Position numbers and translations under genes: made by a program
The notes under the pieces: model-generated
What the model was told of the DNA's origin: nothing
Seen by the model: the letters and a program-made list of their open reading frames with translations, nothing else
The model's database searches: none
Source: Octopus vulgaris
Taxonomy: Eukaryota
Length of the DNA stretch: 64,000 bases
Assembly: GCA_951406725.2 (NCBI GenBank)
Contig: OX597840.1
Location: forward strand, 1,674,001 to 1,738,000
Reading direction: 5' to 3'
Shown: one piece after another, positions 14,160 to 30,119 of the stretch
How the letters are laid out: every line of letters begins with the position of its first letter
Numbering within the stretch: position 1 is the stretch's first letter

Positions 14160-14627
14160 TATATATGTAATATATGTATATGTAATATGTATGTATATAC
14201 ATATATGTGTATATGTGTGTACATGTGTTTGTGAGTGTATGTGTGTGTCTCACCCCCTCTCCCCCTCTCTCTTTATTTGCCATTTTCAACAAATTAATTC
14301 TATAAATATTTCCTTAGCTCAGTTTGGCAATTGAGCTGAGTATTAATATACAGAGAGGAAAGGTTTGGCATATGCGTCCGCTTTAATCAAACCACGGAGA
14401 AAGGCAAAGCGGCCAAATTTCAGGATAGAAACCACTTCAAAGAAACGGAAATGTGATTTAAAATTGACCAGATATTGGTCAAGGTTAAATAAGATTGACA
14501 GAATCCTCCGGTGGGGATATCATTGTCAAACATGGAGGAGATATCTCTGCATGAAATGACGTTATTGAAATATCAAAACGTATAAAGATTACCAGCACAG
14601 AAGTTGCAGTGATTGCTGAAAAACTGT

Positions 14628-15098
14628 AACTATTACTATAATAGTATACCTATCGTAATGTTATATTCCCCGTGACTTGTCTTTATAAAAACATCCATCG
14701 ATGTATTGAAGCAAAGCCCAAGTCTTACAAACAAGGACAACTTTGAGGAAATATCGTTCTAATCATCTCGTATATTGATTTTAAAGTTTTGCACATTCCC
14801 AGCAAGAACAGGGGATTGGTTAAGTCGATTCCATCGACACTCGACTATTCAACTGCTATTCAACTGCTACTATTTCTATAATAGTATACCTATCGTAATG
14901 TTATATTCCCCGTGACTTGTGTTTATAAAAACATCCATCGATGTACTGAAGCAAAGCCCAAGTCTTGCAAACAAGGACAACTTTGAGGAAATATCATTCT
15001 AATCATCTCGTATATTGATTTTAAAGTTTTCCACAATCCCAGCAAGAACAAGGGATTGGTTAAGTCGATTCCATCGACACCTGACTATTCAACTGCTA
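14628..15098. repeat. Tandem duplication with a 240-bp period
   Basis: ATAGTATACCTATCGTAATG... starts at 14641 and again at 14881, with few substitutions. Confidence 0.95.
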
Positions 15099-15815
15099 CT
15101 TATTTCATAGACTCCCGAGATGATGAAATGCAAAGTCGATCTCAGCGAAATTTCAACTCAGAACGCAAAGACGGACCAAATGCCGCTAAGCATTTCTACC
15201 GGCATGGTAACGATTCTGCCTGCCTGCAAACTTAACACATTTCACGAATTAGCTATATCAAGTTTCATACAAAATAATTTAGGAAACCAATTATTTAAGG
15301 CACGCCGGACAAAATGCTTAGCAGAATTTCGTCTGTCTTTATGTTCTGAGTCCAAATTCCGCAGAGGTGGACTTTACCTTTTATCTGTTCGGGATCGATA
15401 AACTAAGTATCAGTGAAAGAGTTCGGTCGATGTTATCGACATACTCCCTTCCAACAAATAAATTAAATTACAACGTAATTTTAAATTTTATATTTCAGTA
15501 TTGCGCCGAACGTAATTCAATTTTCTTTTTTATATAGTTGAATATATTTGTATTTAATTGAATTCAGTTTTACTATAAAAAACGTAATATTGCCTGAAAT
15601 AAACAAAGAAGTGAATGATTGGCCTCAAACTTTGGCCCAATGCCAGCTTTTTCGGGGAAGGAGTTTAAGTCGGTTACATAAACGTTACTACTTGTTTTAA
15701 AAGATTGATGAAAGTCTAAGTTGACCTTGGCGGCGTTTGAACTCAGGAGGTAAAGATGGATGAAATGTCCCTCATTTTTTGCCCTGCGTCCTCACAATTC
15801 TGCCAGGTCGCCGCC
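15020..15815. mobile_element. Degenerate SINE family B copies (both orientations)
   Basis: Minus copies at about 15020-15225 and 15630-15815; plus copy at about 15295-15450. Confidence 0.7.
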
Positions 15816-15855
15816 TGTAAGAAATGAATTATCAACTCGTAAATACTACTCCATA

Positions 15856-16163
15856 TTGTTGTTTGTTCCTTCTCGAGCCACGACTGGCTCATACGGGCCA
15901 GTTTCCCGGTTTCCTTGACGTATAGGTTCCTCACCTGGACGGGACGCGGCCCTTCTCAGGTGAGCTGCAAGATGCAGGAGGAGGAAAGAGTGAGAAAAAG
16001 TTGTGGCGAGAGAGTCAGCAGAAGTTCGCCATTACCTTCTGCCGGAGCCGCGTGGAGTTTAGGTGTTTCGCTCGTAAACACACACATCGCCCTGTCTCAG
16101 ATTCGAATCCGCGATCCCTCGACCGCGAGTCCGCTTCTCTAACCACTAGGCCATGTGCCCCCA
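15856..16163 (-). mobile_element. tRNA-derived SINE (head shared with 55309, different tail)
   Basis: Minus strand: TGGCCTAGTGGTT A-box, GGATTCGAATC B-box, GAGCGAAACACCTAAACTCCACG body, ACAAACAACAA tail. Confidence 0.85.
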
Positions 16164-16800
16164 CTCTACTCTATATTATTTTGTGCCAGTTTGCATTTCC
16201 TGCGATTATTGTCTCTCTTCCACTAGTTTATTTCATATTTTTTCTGCTACAGCCCAGTCAGCAAATTAAACAATTTGACAACAATTACTTTCCCTAAGCT
16301 ATGTTCTCATAAACTAACATTCCTCAATACTTGATGACATTATGAATTCGCAAGATGGTGCATTTGGCATAGTGATAATAAATCAGGGGAGGTAATCGAC
16401 TATGCCTCTTATCTGCAATCTCCATTCCTCAAATTTTGCTTGTACCAGATTACAAAAATTCTAGTAATACATTTATGCTCCGTTGGGAAGGATTGTGACA
16501 TAACTGTTCAGTTACTTAATTCATTGCTTGACAAATTAATTGATTAGTTAAGGACACAAGCCATCATGTGGCGTGATAATAGCTGTGCAATACATTCGAA
16601 ACGTTTGTCATTGAATAAAGTTGCATAAAATTATAATTTTTCATTCTTTGTCTGCTGTTATGCACCAACTATATCAATAGGTGAATAACATTCAATTTAC
16701 ACATTGTACTTTTCGGCCAGTATATTTACGCTACATGTGTGGCTACAGAAATCAATGGACATTCTGTTAGGCAGGTCTGTCGCATGGAGTATGTATGTAT

Positions 16801-17196
16801 ACTCTTTCTCTTTTACTCTTTTACTTGTTTCAGTCATTTGACTGCGGCCATACTGGAGCACCGCCTTCAGTCGAGCAAATCGACCCCGGGACTTATTCTT
16901 TGTAAGCTCAGTACTTATTCCATCGGTCGCTTATGCCGAACCGCTAAGTGACGGGGACATAAACACACCAGCATCGGTTGGCAAGCAATGCTAGGGGGAC
17001 AAACACAGACACAGAAATATATACATATATACGACAGGCTTCTTTCAGTTTCCGTCTACCAAATCCACTCACAAGGCATTGGTCGGCCCGGGGGCTATAG
17101 CAGAAGACACTTGCCCAAGATGCCACGCAGTGGGACTGAACCCGGAACCATGTGGTTGGTTAGCAAGCTACTTACCACACAGCCATTCCTGCGCCT
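16801..17196 (-). mobile_element. SINE family A, full length
   Basis: Reverse complement of the family A consensus; nearly identical to 25153-25564. Confidence 0.9.
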
Positions 17197-17217
17197 ATAT
17201 ATATGTATATATTATAT

Positions 17218-17390
17218 TATTGTATGCTGTCAACTTAATTATTCTCATGAAGGGAATAATACTACTGCTACTTAGCCCTAGGAAGCAGCACCGCTTCTTG
17301 TCGGACTTGTCACATTTCCTGTGTTCTTCTTTTTACAAGAGGGAGATAAGCGCCCCCACCCACCTAAGCCAGCAACCAGAGAACAGTTTC
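17218..17390. mobile_element. Single-arm copy of the fold-back element at 46740-47050
   Basis: TTGTATGCTGTCAACTTAA...TAGCCCTAGGAAGCA...CTTCTTGTCGG...CATTTCCTGTG matches the reverse complement of 46940-47050. Confidence 0.75.
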
Positions 17391-17560
17391 TGAGTCATTA
17401 CTCGTTTTTAGTCGTAAATAAAGTAACATCGGTTGTCAAGTGATAGGTGAGCGTAACAAATACAGACAAACACACAAATATATACATATATATATGTGTG
17501 TGTGTGTGTGTGAGTGTGAATGTGTGTGTGTGTGTGTATGTGTGTATGAGTGTGTGTGAC

Positions 17561-17632
<72 letters not shown>

Positions 17633-17748
17633 TATATATATATAAATATATATATATATATGAATATTATAAAATTCGATTTAATCCTAAATCTGATTTT
17701 TTCCCTGTAATTTGGATTTATTCCCTAATATATATTATCATTTATTAT

Positions 17749-17832
<84 letters not shown>

Positions 17833-17899
17833 GTATATACAATGGGCTTTCTTCAATTTCCGTCTATCAAACCCACTTTCAAGTCTTTGGTCGGCCCGA

Positions 17900-18207
17900 A
17901 TTTTTGAAAAGTAAAAACTTTGCATTATGTGGCTTGTTATTCTCTTTAAGTGAACATATTTCTGGTTAAAATGCACGAAAAATGGCGACAGTAAAAAAAT
18001 CGTAAAAAAATAGGGATTTTCAAAGAAAAAAAGCACCTTGATGTAAATAATTTGAATATTTTGTTCTACAGAAGGAAGAGAAAGCCTTCTTCTATCATAC
18101 TCTCAATTTTGGTCAACTTGCGCCGCAGGGTCTCGGAGGAGATAGTGTTAGTTGAAGGCTACCAAACCTGCCATACACAGACAACTTCAGCTTTATATAT
18201 ATAGATA
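17900..18207 (+). mobile_element. Putative non-autonomous Helitron-like element, 3' part
   Basis: Ends ...ACACAGACAACTTCAGCTTTATATATATAGAT, a terminus style seen in non-autonomous Helitron-like repeats. TAAAAAAATAGGGATTTT is shared with about 2752-2772. Confidence 0.5.
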
Positions 18208-18605
18208 ATTGGCATGTGTTCACAAAGTCCAAACGATTAATACGAAAAAACCCTCCAGGCTACATCCCGAAAATTCATTTCTTTGCCGAATTTCTACAAT
18301 GTTTACGGCGATTCGTTTTTATATCTTGACTATTTTTTTATTTTTCATGCAATTTACGCATGCTTGCACGCGTGGTGAACACAGTTCACGTCAAACAGCT
18401 GACTGAGTAAAGTTCACTATTCAATGCATGGGATAAGGCATTATCGATTTTTGCACTTGCGAGACGAATTTCGGAACAGAAATAACGCAGTGCAATTTTC
18501 ATTCGCCTAAACTTTAAATGAGACATTTTAGGTGCTTCTACCATTTGTTGACTAGATGTGCTGGGAAGTTAAACACACAGATACACACACAGACACACAG
18601 TTGAG

Positions 18606-18679
<74 letters not shown>

Positions 18680-18680
18680 A

Positions 18681-18740
<60 letters not shown>

Positions 18741-18788
18741 ACATATATATATATATGTAAATATATATATACATATATATATATATAC

Positions 18789-19123
18789 ATGGTTCAGTGG
18801 TTAGAGCGTCGAGCTTACGATCGTGAGGTTGTGAGCTCGAATCCCGGATCGGGCTGCGTGTTGTGTTCTCGAGCAAGGCACTTTATTTCACGTTGCTCCA
18901 GTTCACTCAGCTGTAGAAATGAGTTGCGACGTCACTGATGCCAAGCTGTATCGACCTTTGTCTTTCCCTTGGATAACAGTGGTGGCGTGGAGAGGGGAGG
19001 CTGGTATGCATGGGCGACTGCTGGCCTTCCATAAACAACCTTGCCCGGACTTGTGTCTAGGAGGGTAACTTTCTAGGTGCAATCCCATGGTCATTCATGA
19101 CCGAAGGGGGTCTTTACCCCCTT
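18789..19123 (+). mobile_element. tRNA-derived SINE with conserved central domain
   Basis: A-box TGGTTCAGTGGTT, B-box GCTCGAATCC, GAGCAAGGCACTTTATTTCACGTTGCTCC (shared with 56723-56960), CTTTACCCCTTTA tail. Confidence 0.85.
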
Positions 19124-19133
19124 TATATGTATG

Positions 19134-19196
<63 letters not shown>

Positions 19197-20129
19197 ATAT
19201 ATTTATATGTATATATATATATATATATGTATGTATATATATATGTTCGGACTAAAGATTACAGACAGACAGATAGATAGATATATAGATAGACTATTAC
19301 ATCGACCGTTCATTAGTGAGGTTTTAATTAGATAAGTGGATGGATCCCATACAGAATCGCCTGCCTGGCTGATTTCTGAACGCTTATGTACCGAACATAC
19401 GAATGCACGTGCAGACTAGTGCACGCGTTTGTATACCAATAGATGCAGGCACACACACACATACACAGACACACAATGATCCTCTCTATTATCTCCCCTG
19501 ACTTCGCTCTACCTACTCTGTTATAATTCCCTTTCCAACATCATTTCTCTTTCGCCGCAGAACTTCAACCAGTAAACAATTCTTGTATGACATTTGATTA
19601 CGTTGGCTTTCTGAAAACTTAACGACCTCTATTAGATTTCATCAACACCTCTCTTTCCCAGTAAATTAACTTTCATAGCATTCCTTTCTTAAAAGCTTTT
19701 TATAATCAACTCACCTTTCTCAACGTGCAGTACAAATGATTATTTTTACACAGTTCTGTTCCAAACCTCTATATCTTTCAACACAATCATTCCTATTCCA
19801 TTTTATTGACTTCACAACCTTTTTCTCTGAACTTCTACCTGTTTCTCTTTGTATAAAGTCTCCTCTACTTGTTATAACATCCTTTTTTTACATTCATTTT
19901 TATCATATCCTTCCCAATAATCCTGAACTCATTTTGCAATTTTCTCATTTTCCAATATTGGCACAGGCTCGACTGTGTGATAAGAAGGTTGTTTCCAAAC
20001 CATGCGGTTCCGGGTTCAGTCCCACAGCGGGAAACCTTGGGCGTGTGACTTCTTATATAGACTCGAGCCGACAAACGAACAAACGTTTGTGAATGAATTT
20101 GTTAAAATGGAGGTTGAACGAAGCCTGTC

Positions 20130-20177
<48 letters not shown>

Positions 20178-20277
20178 CTTTATATATGTATGTATATGTT
20201 TATATATATATATATAGATAGATATACACATATATATATTATGTATGTATGTATAAATATATATATATATATATACA

Positions 20278-20322
<45 letters not shown>

Positions 20323-20624
20323 TCGTGTGTGTGAGTCTTTGTCTCTGTGTTTATTCCCCGACATACGACCAGGTAGACTTATGACCTGCTAGTCGGAACG
20401 AAGCTCGGTTGTAAGTCAAGCAAAAGGTGTATAATTCCACAGGCCTTACTTGGTTATTAACTCCAGATACAACTTTGTTCCCACCTGACAACTAAACTAC
20501 ATGCGTTCCCCCATGTTGATCATTTTTCTTTGCTCTTCTTCCTGACATCCAAAACGTCAAAGAATATATTTGGTTTCCTCTATTTTCCACTTCGTTGCGT
20601 TATACCTTGTTCTTCACAATTCAT

Positions 20625-20694
<70 letters not shown>

Positions 20695-20754
20695 GAGAGT
20701 GAGAGAGAGAGAGAGGTTATAGATAGATAAATAGATTCAGGGATAGTCAGACGT

Positions 20755-20827
<73 letters not shown>

Positions 20828-21170
20828 TAGGCAGATAGAAAGACAGACAGACAGATAGATAGATAGAAAGATAGTAAATATGAGGGCATTAAATTTCAGT
20901 AGAAAGCTTATTTTTTACTGTAACTAAAGGAATTCACAGTAATAATATTTTTTGCCTGTACGCGTTGAGACTTCAGTTATCTTTTTACTCTCACAACACA
21001 AACATACGCACGCGCACACACGCATGCGTGTATGGAGATATATGCTGTGAGAGAGGGAAAGAGAGATAGATAACATAAGATACAAGAATTTCTTTTCATA
21101 TATGTACGCGATACGAGGTATTTCCTATGTGTATACACACACATACACACACACATGCACAAACACTGAA

Positions 21171-21229
<59 letters not shown>

Positions 21230-21340
21230 CACAGAGAGATATATACGTATGTATATTTATCTAACTGTGTATATACATATATATGTATATATGTGAATAT
21301 ACATATCTGCATATATATATATATATATATATATATACAC

Positions 21341-21426
<86 letters not shown>

Positions 21427-21427
21427 T

Positions 21428-21429
<2 letters not shown>

Positions 21430-21506
<77 letters not shown>

Positions 21507-21597
21507 CAGACAGGCAGATAGATAGATAGTCAGAAAGATGAATATATATGTAGACGTACATAGATAGATTGATAGTTTGATAGAAATATAGATAGGA

Positions 21598-21630
<33 letters not shown>

Positions 21631-21635
21631 TATAT

Positions 21636-21712
<77 letters not shown>

Positions 21713-21803
21713 CATACAGGCAGATAGATAGATAGTCAGAAAGATGAATATATATGTAGACATACATAGATAGATCGATAGTTAGATGGAAATATAGATA
21801 GGA

Positions 21804-21845
<42 letters not shown>
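21430..21845. repeat. Duplicated (GATA)n/(TA)n block, period about 206 bp
   Basis: GTCAGAAAGATGAATATATATGTAGAC occurs at about 21529 and 21735. Confidence 0.85.
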
Positions 21846-21852
<7 letters not shown>

Positions 21853-22492
21853 CTATGTTATTATATAGCTTCTTCTGTACCCTCTCAATACTATTCCCCT
21901 TTCTCCCACTCATAAATTCATGGGCCCTACTCCCTTCCTGTCTATTAATCCCCAGCTGTCCCGCCTCTCCTCCCTTTTTGTCGCTTCTTCCCACACTCTC
22001 TCCTTGTCCCTGTCTCTACACCCTTTGTCTGTCTGTCTGTCTCTCCCCCTCACTCTCTCTCTCTCTCTCTCTCTCTGTTTCCCTGGCTAGATCTCTCCCC
22101 ACACCAACCTATTTATTGCTATCATGTGTTCCGTCCATTTCAGATACTACACTAGCCACAAAACCTATTGATCACTCAATAAATCAATAGACGAAAAGCC
22201 AGCAATCTACTTGCAATAACCAAAACAGAGGAAAATGCTTTTCATTATCTATCGCCCTTAACAATGCTTTGACCTAAAACTCTTTTCCTCACACACACAC
22301 ACACACACACACAGCCCCACACAGACACATACACTCGCAAACACATGCATACAGTCACGGTTACTCCCCCAGCAAATTGCGAACACATACGTGCAGTCGC
22401 TTACATATATACATTCATACACACATACAGTATATGTGTATAAATATGAACATGCATATGTATATATCCACTTTCATATATGCAAAATTACG

Positions 22493-22527
<35 letters not shown>

Positions 22528-22771
22528 TTATATGTATATATATACATATATATATATACACATACATACATATATATATATATACACACACACATATATA
22601 TATATACATACATATATATATATATATATACACACACATATATATATACATATATATATACATATATATATATAAATATATATCTTTTATATGTATATAT
22701 ATACATATACATATATATATATATGCATATATATATGTTTGTGTATATGTATGTATATATATATATATATG

Positions 22772-22822
<51 letters not shown>

Positions 22823-23257
22823 CGTGCGCGCGCACGTGTGTGCAAGTTGGCTAAGTGCTTGTGTGTGTGAAGCTTGGTTGCGTATATGCAAGCTTAGATA
22901 TTTACACAGTTCGTATATACACGCATGCATGTAATTATATATGTATATAGATATACATACACATTGACAGACATTAACACACACACACACAAACATAAAC
23001 GCACACATACACACACACATGCATGCAGTGATACGTTGAAATGCACACATATACATGCTGATAGAGAGAAACATGCGTAAACCTAGTTTCCTTTGTCTTC
23101 GCTATTATATTCACTATTCATCTCTTCATATACACAATTTTTCTTTCCCGATCCCGTCTGTGTCCATCACTTCATTTCATCTCGATTAACTCCCTTCCCA
23201 CTTCCTCCAACTTTTCTGCCTACCTATCTGTCTCTGTCTCTCATTCTATCTCCTGTT

Positions 23258-23320
<63 letters not shown>

Positions 23321-23326
<6 letters not shown>

Positions 23327-23772
23327 TATATTATATTAAATTAGAGACAAAACAACTATTAGGCAAATCATACAATGAAAAACTTAAGCCAATACATAAG
23401 ATTATTTAAGTTATATTATTTAAATATATAACAAAATTATTAAAAAAATATAATTAATATATCATTGTTTAAACCTCGCCAAGATAAATATTTAAACCAC
23501 CTGATGAATGACTGTAACTCGAAAATTTATAGAAATTAACAGCCATGAAACGATCGTAGTGATATATTAATTATATTTTTTAAAATAATTTTGTTATATA
23601 TTTAAACAATATAAATTAATTACTCTTATGTATTGGCTTAAGTTTTTCATTGTATGATTTGCCTAACAGTGGTTTTGTCTCTAATTTAATATAATATAAT
23701 ATTTTACTATAAAATTGGATTCAATCCTAAATCTGATTTTTCCCTGTAAGTTTGGATTTATTCCCTAATATT

Positions 23773-23776
<4 letters not shown>
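23321..23776 (+). mobile_element. Fold-back element between (TA)n tracts with a hammerhead in the spacer
   Basis: Inverted arms at about 23321-23464 and 23560-23702. The tail AAATCTGATTTTTCCCTGTAA...ATTCCCTAATA recurs at about 17688-17732 and, diverged and inverted, at about 24730-24790. Confidence 0.85.
23497..23562 (+). ncRNA. Type-I hammerhead ribozyme motif
   Basis: CAC-CTGATGA-ATGACTGT...ACAGCCAT-GAAAC-GATC-GTA-GTG: canonical core, stem II 7/8 bp, palindromic stem III ACGATCGT, GUA site. Confidence 0.75.
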
Positions 23777-23824
<48 letters not shown>

Positions 23825-24004
23825 GTATATAATAAAAGGGCAGGCAACTGGTTGCTCTGCCGCATACCGAAAGAATTAGAAATGGCAGTCAGAGACTGTT
23901 TGTTTCCATTTTCTACAAGTGGAGGCTCCATATACGACACAACCCTGCGATTCACATACGCAAAATCGGAGTAGTAAATAAACGAAAACAATCTCTTAAC
24001 GTTA

Positions 24005-24066
24005 ATGGTGAACATGTTTCTAGATCGTAGGCGATAAAATTGCCTTATTTCTTTCGTCACCACCAT
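24005..24066 (-). ncRNA. Hammerhead-like motif (C3G variant)
   Basis: Minus strand: ATGGTG-GTGACGA-AAGA..AGGC..GCCT..TCTA-GAAAC-AT-GTT-CACCAT; perfect 6-bp stem I, stem III ACATGT. Confidence 0.6.
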
Positions 24067-24245
24067 ATTTGATAGACTTATCAAATGCCACCAGCCTCCA
24101 CCTCTGACCAGGCGTCATCAGATAGTGGGGGGAAGTGTGCATAGGTTAAAACTAAGTAAACGACTGGGACCGTAAATTTTCCCTCCAAAATTCTGCTATG
24201 CACGCCACCGGGATAATCGCAATGGAGTAAGTTACCCTTTTTATT

Positions 24246-24337
<92 letters not shown>

Positions 24338-24339
<2 letters not shown>

Positions 24340-24677
24340 TTTACTTGTTTCAATCATTTGACTGTGGCCCTGCTTATGCTTTGTAAACCTAGTACTTATA
24401 CTATCGGCCTCTAATGGTGAACCAATAAGTTACGGGTACATAAACACACCAGCAAGCGACGTTGTGGGGAGAAACACAGACACACAAACATACACAGACA
24501 CACACATATATACATATATACAACAACCTTCTTTCAGTGTCCGTCTACTAAATCCACTGAGAGGGCTTTGGTCGCTCCGAGGCTATAGTAAAAGACACTT
24601 GCCCAAGGTTCCACGTAGTGGGACGGAGCCCGGAACGATGTGGTTGGTAAGCAGGCTACTTACCCCACAGCCACTCC

Positions 24678-24681
<4 letters not shown>
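24338..24681 (-). mobile_element. SINE family A (with internal deletions)
   Basis: Reverse-complement match to family A. Confidence 0.85.
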
Positions 24682-24719
<38 letters not shown>

Positions 24720-25152
24720 AATAATTATTTGAGGGAATATTATTCCTAAATTACAGGGGAAAATTCAATTTAGAAATACTAAATCAAATTTCAGAAAATA
24801 TATTATATATAAAAATTAGAGAAAAAACACCTTTTATCAATTCAAAACGAGCAATTAAATTACGCCATCTAGAAAATTACATATAATAGAAATATTAAAA
24901 TTAAAATACCAATAATATACCGATGATTAAGTAAATTGCAAAATAATAATGAAAACCTATATATTAGTAAACTCATTAATGTAGAATCGTTAGCATGTCA
25001 AACAAAAAGGTTTTTTGCCTTATCTCTTTCAGTTCATATCAAACCGAAGTTAATCTTTCACCTAGTGCTGTTTAGATCGAGAAAATCAATTCCCAAACAA
25101 GTAGTGAGATCAATAATTTCGGTTTACAAATTACTTGGCTAAATTAGAAACA

Positions 25153-25564
25153 TTTACTCTTTTACTTGTTTCAGTCATTTGACTTCGGCCATGCTGGAGC
25201 ACCGCCTTTAGTCGAGCAAATCGACCCCAGTACTTATTCTTTGTAAGCCCAGTTCTTATTCTATCGATCTCTTTTGCCGAACCGCTAAGTGACGGGGACG
25301 TAAACACACCAGCATCGGTTGTCAAGCAATGCTAGGAGGACAAACACAGACACACAAACACACACACACAATATATATGTATATATATATACATATATAC
25401 GACAGGCATCTTTCAGTTTCCGTCTACCAAATCCACTCACAAGGCATTGGCCGGCCCGGGGCTATAGCAGAAGACACTTGCCCAAGATGCCACGCAGTGG
25501 GACTGAACCCGGAACCATGTGGTTGGTTAGCAAGCTACTTACCACACAGCCACTCTTGCGCCTA
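25153..25564 (-). mobile_element. SINE family A, full length
   Basis: Reverse-complement match to family A. Confidence 0.9.
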
Positions 25565-25951
25565 TATTTGTGTACTTTTATATCTACTTTTTTCTGCACA
25601 GCATAACTATGAAAAGATCTGAATAAAATATAATACGTAGCGTTTATACCAGTGTTTAATTGAGGTATTATTTAATTCAGAATGGCCCAATGTGTGCCAA
25701 TTAGGGTCTCCTCTAATGAGCCAGTCGAGTTATGACTTCCTTGTATCGCAAAATCAATTTTTTTGAATGAATCGGAAGCCGAACAGGTAATCCCTTAAGT
25801 GCGCCCAATAACTTGTCAAACGGTCTGTCAAGGTACACTCTCCCTCCTTTTTTCACACATTACTAGCGTTTTAGCTGAGGGTTTACATCCGGCTTTACAT
25901 TCGTACTTCACCAAGTGTGAGCCATTTATAGAAGGGCTCATTCTTGGTGAA

Positions 25952-26030
<79 letters not shown>

Positions 26031-26066
26031 CATAAAGAGACCATTATCTCTCACTCCCTCTCTCAG

Positions 26067-26115
<49 letters not shown>

Positions 26116-26227
26116 CATTATTTAATGTAATACAATATCATAAACTTCGCACAGTGAACTTACTATACAGTTTAATACCAAGTGTTGAGATACCCTAGCA
26201 ATCATCAGAAAATAGATGATATATATA

Positions 26228-26279
<52 letters not shown>

Positions 26280-26357
26280 ATGTATATATATAGATATACA
26301 TATATATACATATAGTCTTTATATATATATATATGTATATATATTTATATATATGAA

Positions 26358-26400
<43 letters not shown>

Positions 26401-26620
26401 ATATATATGCATACATATATCGACACACGTACGCACATATGCACAAACATACACCCAACTATACGGGCATATTGTCTATACATATTTATAATCCTGCAGA
26501 TGATTCTCTTTCTCTCTCTGTCTCTCGTCCGTATCTCTAGGTTTGGTGACAAATCTCACTTTATATCAAACCATACTTAAATTTATTGAAGGAAAATGGG
26601 TGGCACTTTTCCACAGTATC

Positions 26621-26852
26621 CTCTCACTCTTTATCCCTTTGCTCTCCTCTATTTCTTTTAATCCTTCTCCCTTTTACATTTTCCACACTCTCCTTCGCTA
26701 TTTGTCTGCTCTTATCATGTTTTCTCTGAATTTCTTTTTCTCTATTTTGCGTATCACTCTTAATCTTCTCAAACTCCCAGGCACGATGGTTCTCTGGTTC
26801 TGCGATTCCCTTCTCTCTCCACTATTAACTACCTCTCACCTTTCACCTGTCA
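26621..26852 (+). repeat. Pyrimidine-rich segment duplicated at 31601-31832
   Basis: About 230 bp colinear at an offset of 4980, e.g. AATCTTCTCAAACTCCCAGGCACGATGGTTCTCTG in both. Confidence 0.9.
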
Positions 26853-27958
26853 CTATGAGACAGGAACTGAAGTGTGGTCCCGAGCACCCCTACAGCAACC
26901 AGATTGTGCTCACCTGTTTCATTCATATTTATTGCAATGGGGTAAGTAATAGCAAATTCAATGATGTTACACATTTGAACGATCTTTCTCTCTCTGTCTA
27001 TATCTGTCTGTCTATCTGCTTGTCTGTCTGTCTGTCTGTCTGTCTGCCCCCCCTCTCTCTCTCTCTCTGTCACACTCAAGGACATTCACCTTTTCTCTAT
27101 TAATTCAGACTCACGGAATAGACAATATCCAATGGCACTATTTCATCTGAAGAATCATGTTCCTGTTTATACTCTTTTTACGTTAGTTACTGCACTCACT
27201 TGGGAGATGTTTACTATTTTTGCCTTCCCTTTTTCCCAAACGCAGCATTTTCTTTCAGACCAATGTTTTTACCAAACCCATCCTAATGGCTTGTATCCAA
27301 TTCGTTTAAAACACAGAAACCAGATTCAGAGACAATGCGATCCATTGCTTCTTTTTAACCTTTATATATTTCAGTCACGTTTATATATTTATATGTCCAT
27401 AAATACATGCTTGTGCTCGTTTCAGGTAAGAAGACATTTTCTCTGCTACAACAAAGTACCCTTCTCATATAAAATCCATTTATGCAATTCCGAGAGGGGC
27501 TACCGAAAAGGATTCATTTCTACCCGTTACTCGCTACAATTCTGTCATGGCGTAGTGCAGGGGTTTCTGGCAATTATTTTATCATGTCATTCCGTTTTAT
27601 TTCTATGTCACCTTTCACCCCATTATTATGTGGCGTTTCCCATTCGTGTTATTGTTCTGATTGTTCTGATTATTTTAATCATCATCATCATCCTCATCAT
27701 CGTCATCATCATCATCACCATCATCATCACCGTCTTAATTATCATCAACTTCATCATATTTAATATCGTCCTCCTTTTCCTCACCATCATCATCAACCTC
27801 ATACTCATTTTCTTCTTCCTCTTCTTTACCTTCTTCTTCTTCTTTTATAACTCCTCCTCTTTTTTCTCTACTTCATCTTCCTTTTCTCTCTTCTTCTTAT
27901 CGTAAGTACCACTTTCCTACAACTCCTGTTGCCACAACAACAACTACTACTACTACTA

Positions 27959-28032
<74 letters not shown>

Positions 28033-28247
28033 TTTCTGCTTCTGCTTCTACTGCTGCTATGATGCCGGTGCTGCTACTGCTACTGTTGCTACTCTAAAGA
28101 GAATCCCCCCCCCCATCAAAAATTGTTCTATCAGCACCACCGCCACCAGTAGCACTACTGATGTTGTCCTCCTCCTCCTTGATTTCCACCAAGTCTCCTT
28201 TTTCTTCTTCCTCTTTTTCTTCAACTATTCCTCCTCCTTCTTCATCA

Positions 28248-28308
<61 letters not shown>

Positions 28309-28323
28309 GTTCTTGTTGTTATT

Positions 28324-28403
<80 letters not shown>

Positions 28404-28526
28404 CATTATTGAGTGAGAGAGCAGTGCATGCCATCAAATGACACTGGGGTAAAATATACGAAGCCCAGTATACCCATCATGACTACCCATCTGATAAGGG
28501 TACACCAGGCACACGCATCACAACCA

Positions 28527-28616
<90 letters not shown>

Positions 28617-29140
28617 CATTATTCCTTGTCCTTGGGATTGTTGTATGATCACCACATTCCTTCTCCATCTCCTGCAACTTCATTCATATATACATTATAT
28701 TTATCCATATGATCAAATCGAACTTCATATATCATAGCTTTGTATTTTTTTTAACATTGTCCGGTTTACAATTTTCTTTATCCTTCCTCTATTTTCACCC
28801 TATTTTATCATTACAGACTTCTCAGTCACTGAACCTTAATTAACTTAATTTCTTGCCCTTTTTTCTCTCTTTCGTATATCTGTCTAGCTTTCTTTCTATC
28901 GCTGCGTCTTTCTTATTTAATCTCCGACTCATCTCTTTTTTCGTTTTCCTCTATCACTCTTTCTATCCGTTCCTCTCTGTTTCTATGTTACTTTCTCTCA
29001 CTCTCACTTCAGCTTCCACTCTATCTCTCTCTCACTCTAAGAGTATATATGTGTGTGTGTGTGTGTGTGCGTGTGTGTTTGTGTGCGTGTGTGTGTATTT
29101 GAATGTGTTGATAGATATAGATATATACATATAATGTATA

Positions 29141-30091
<951 letters not shown>

Positions 30092-30119
30092 GGGAAAATA
30101 TATATATATATATTATTTT

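Noticed and set aside
20537-20563. Hammerhead remnant CTGACATCCAAAACGTC
   Set aside because: Too many core changes to tell from chance; the same applies to similar words near 13100-13160 and 49540-49560.
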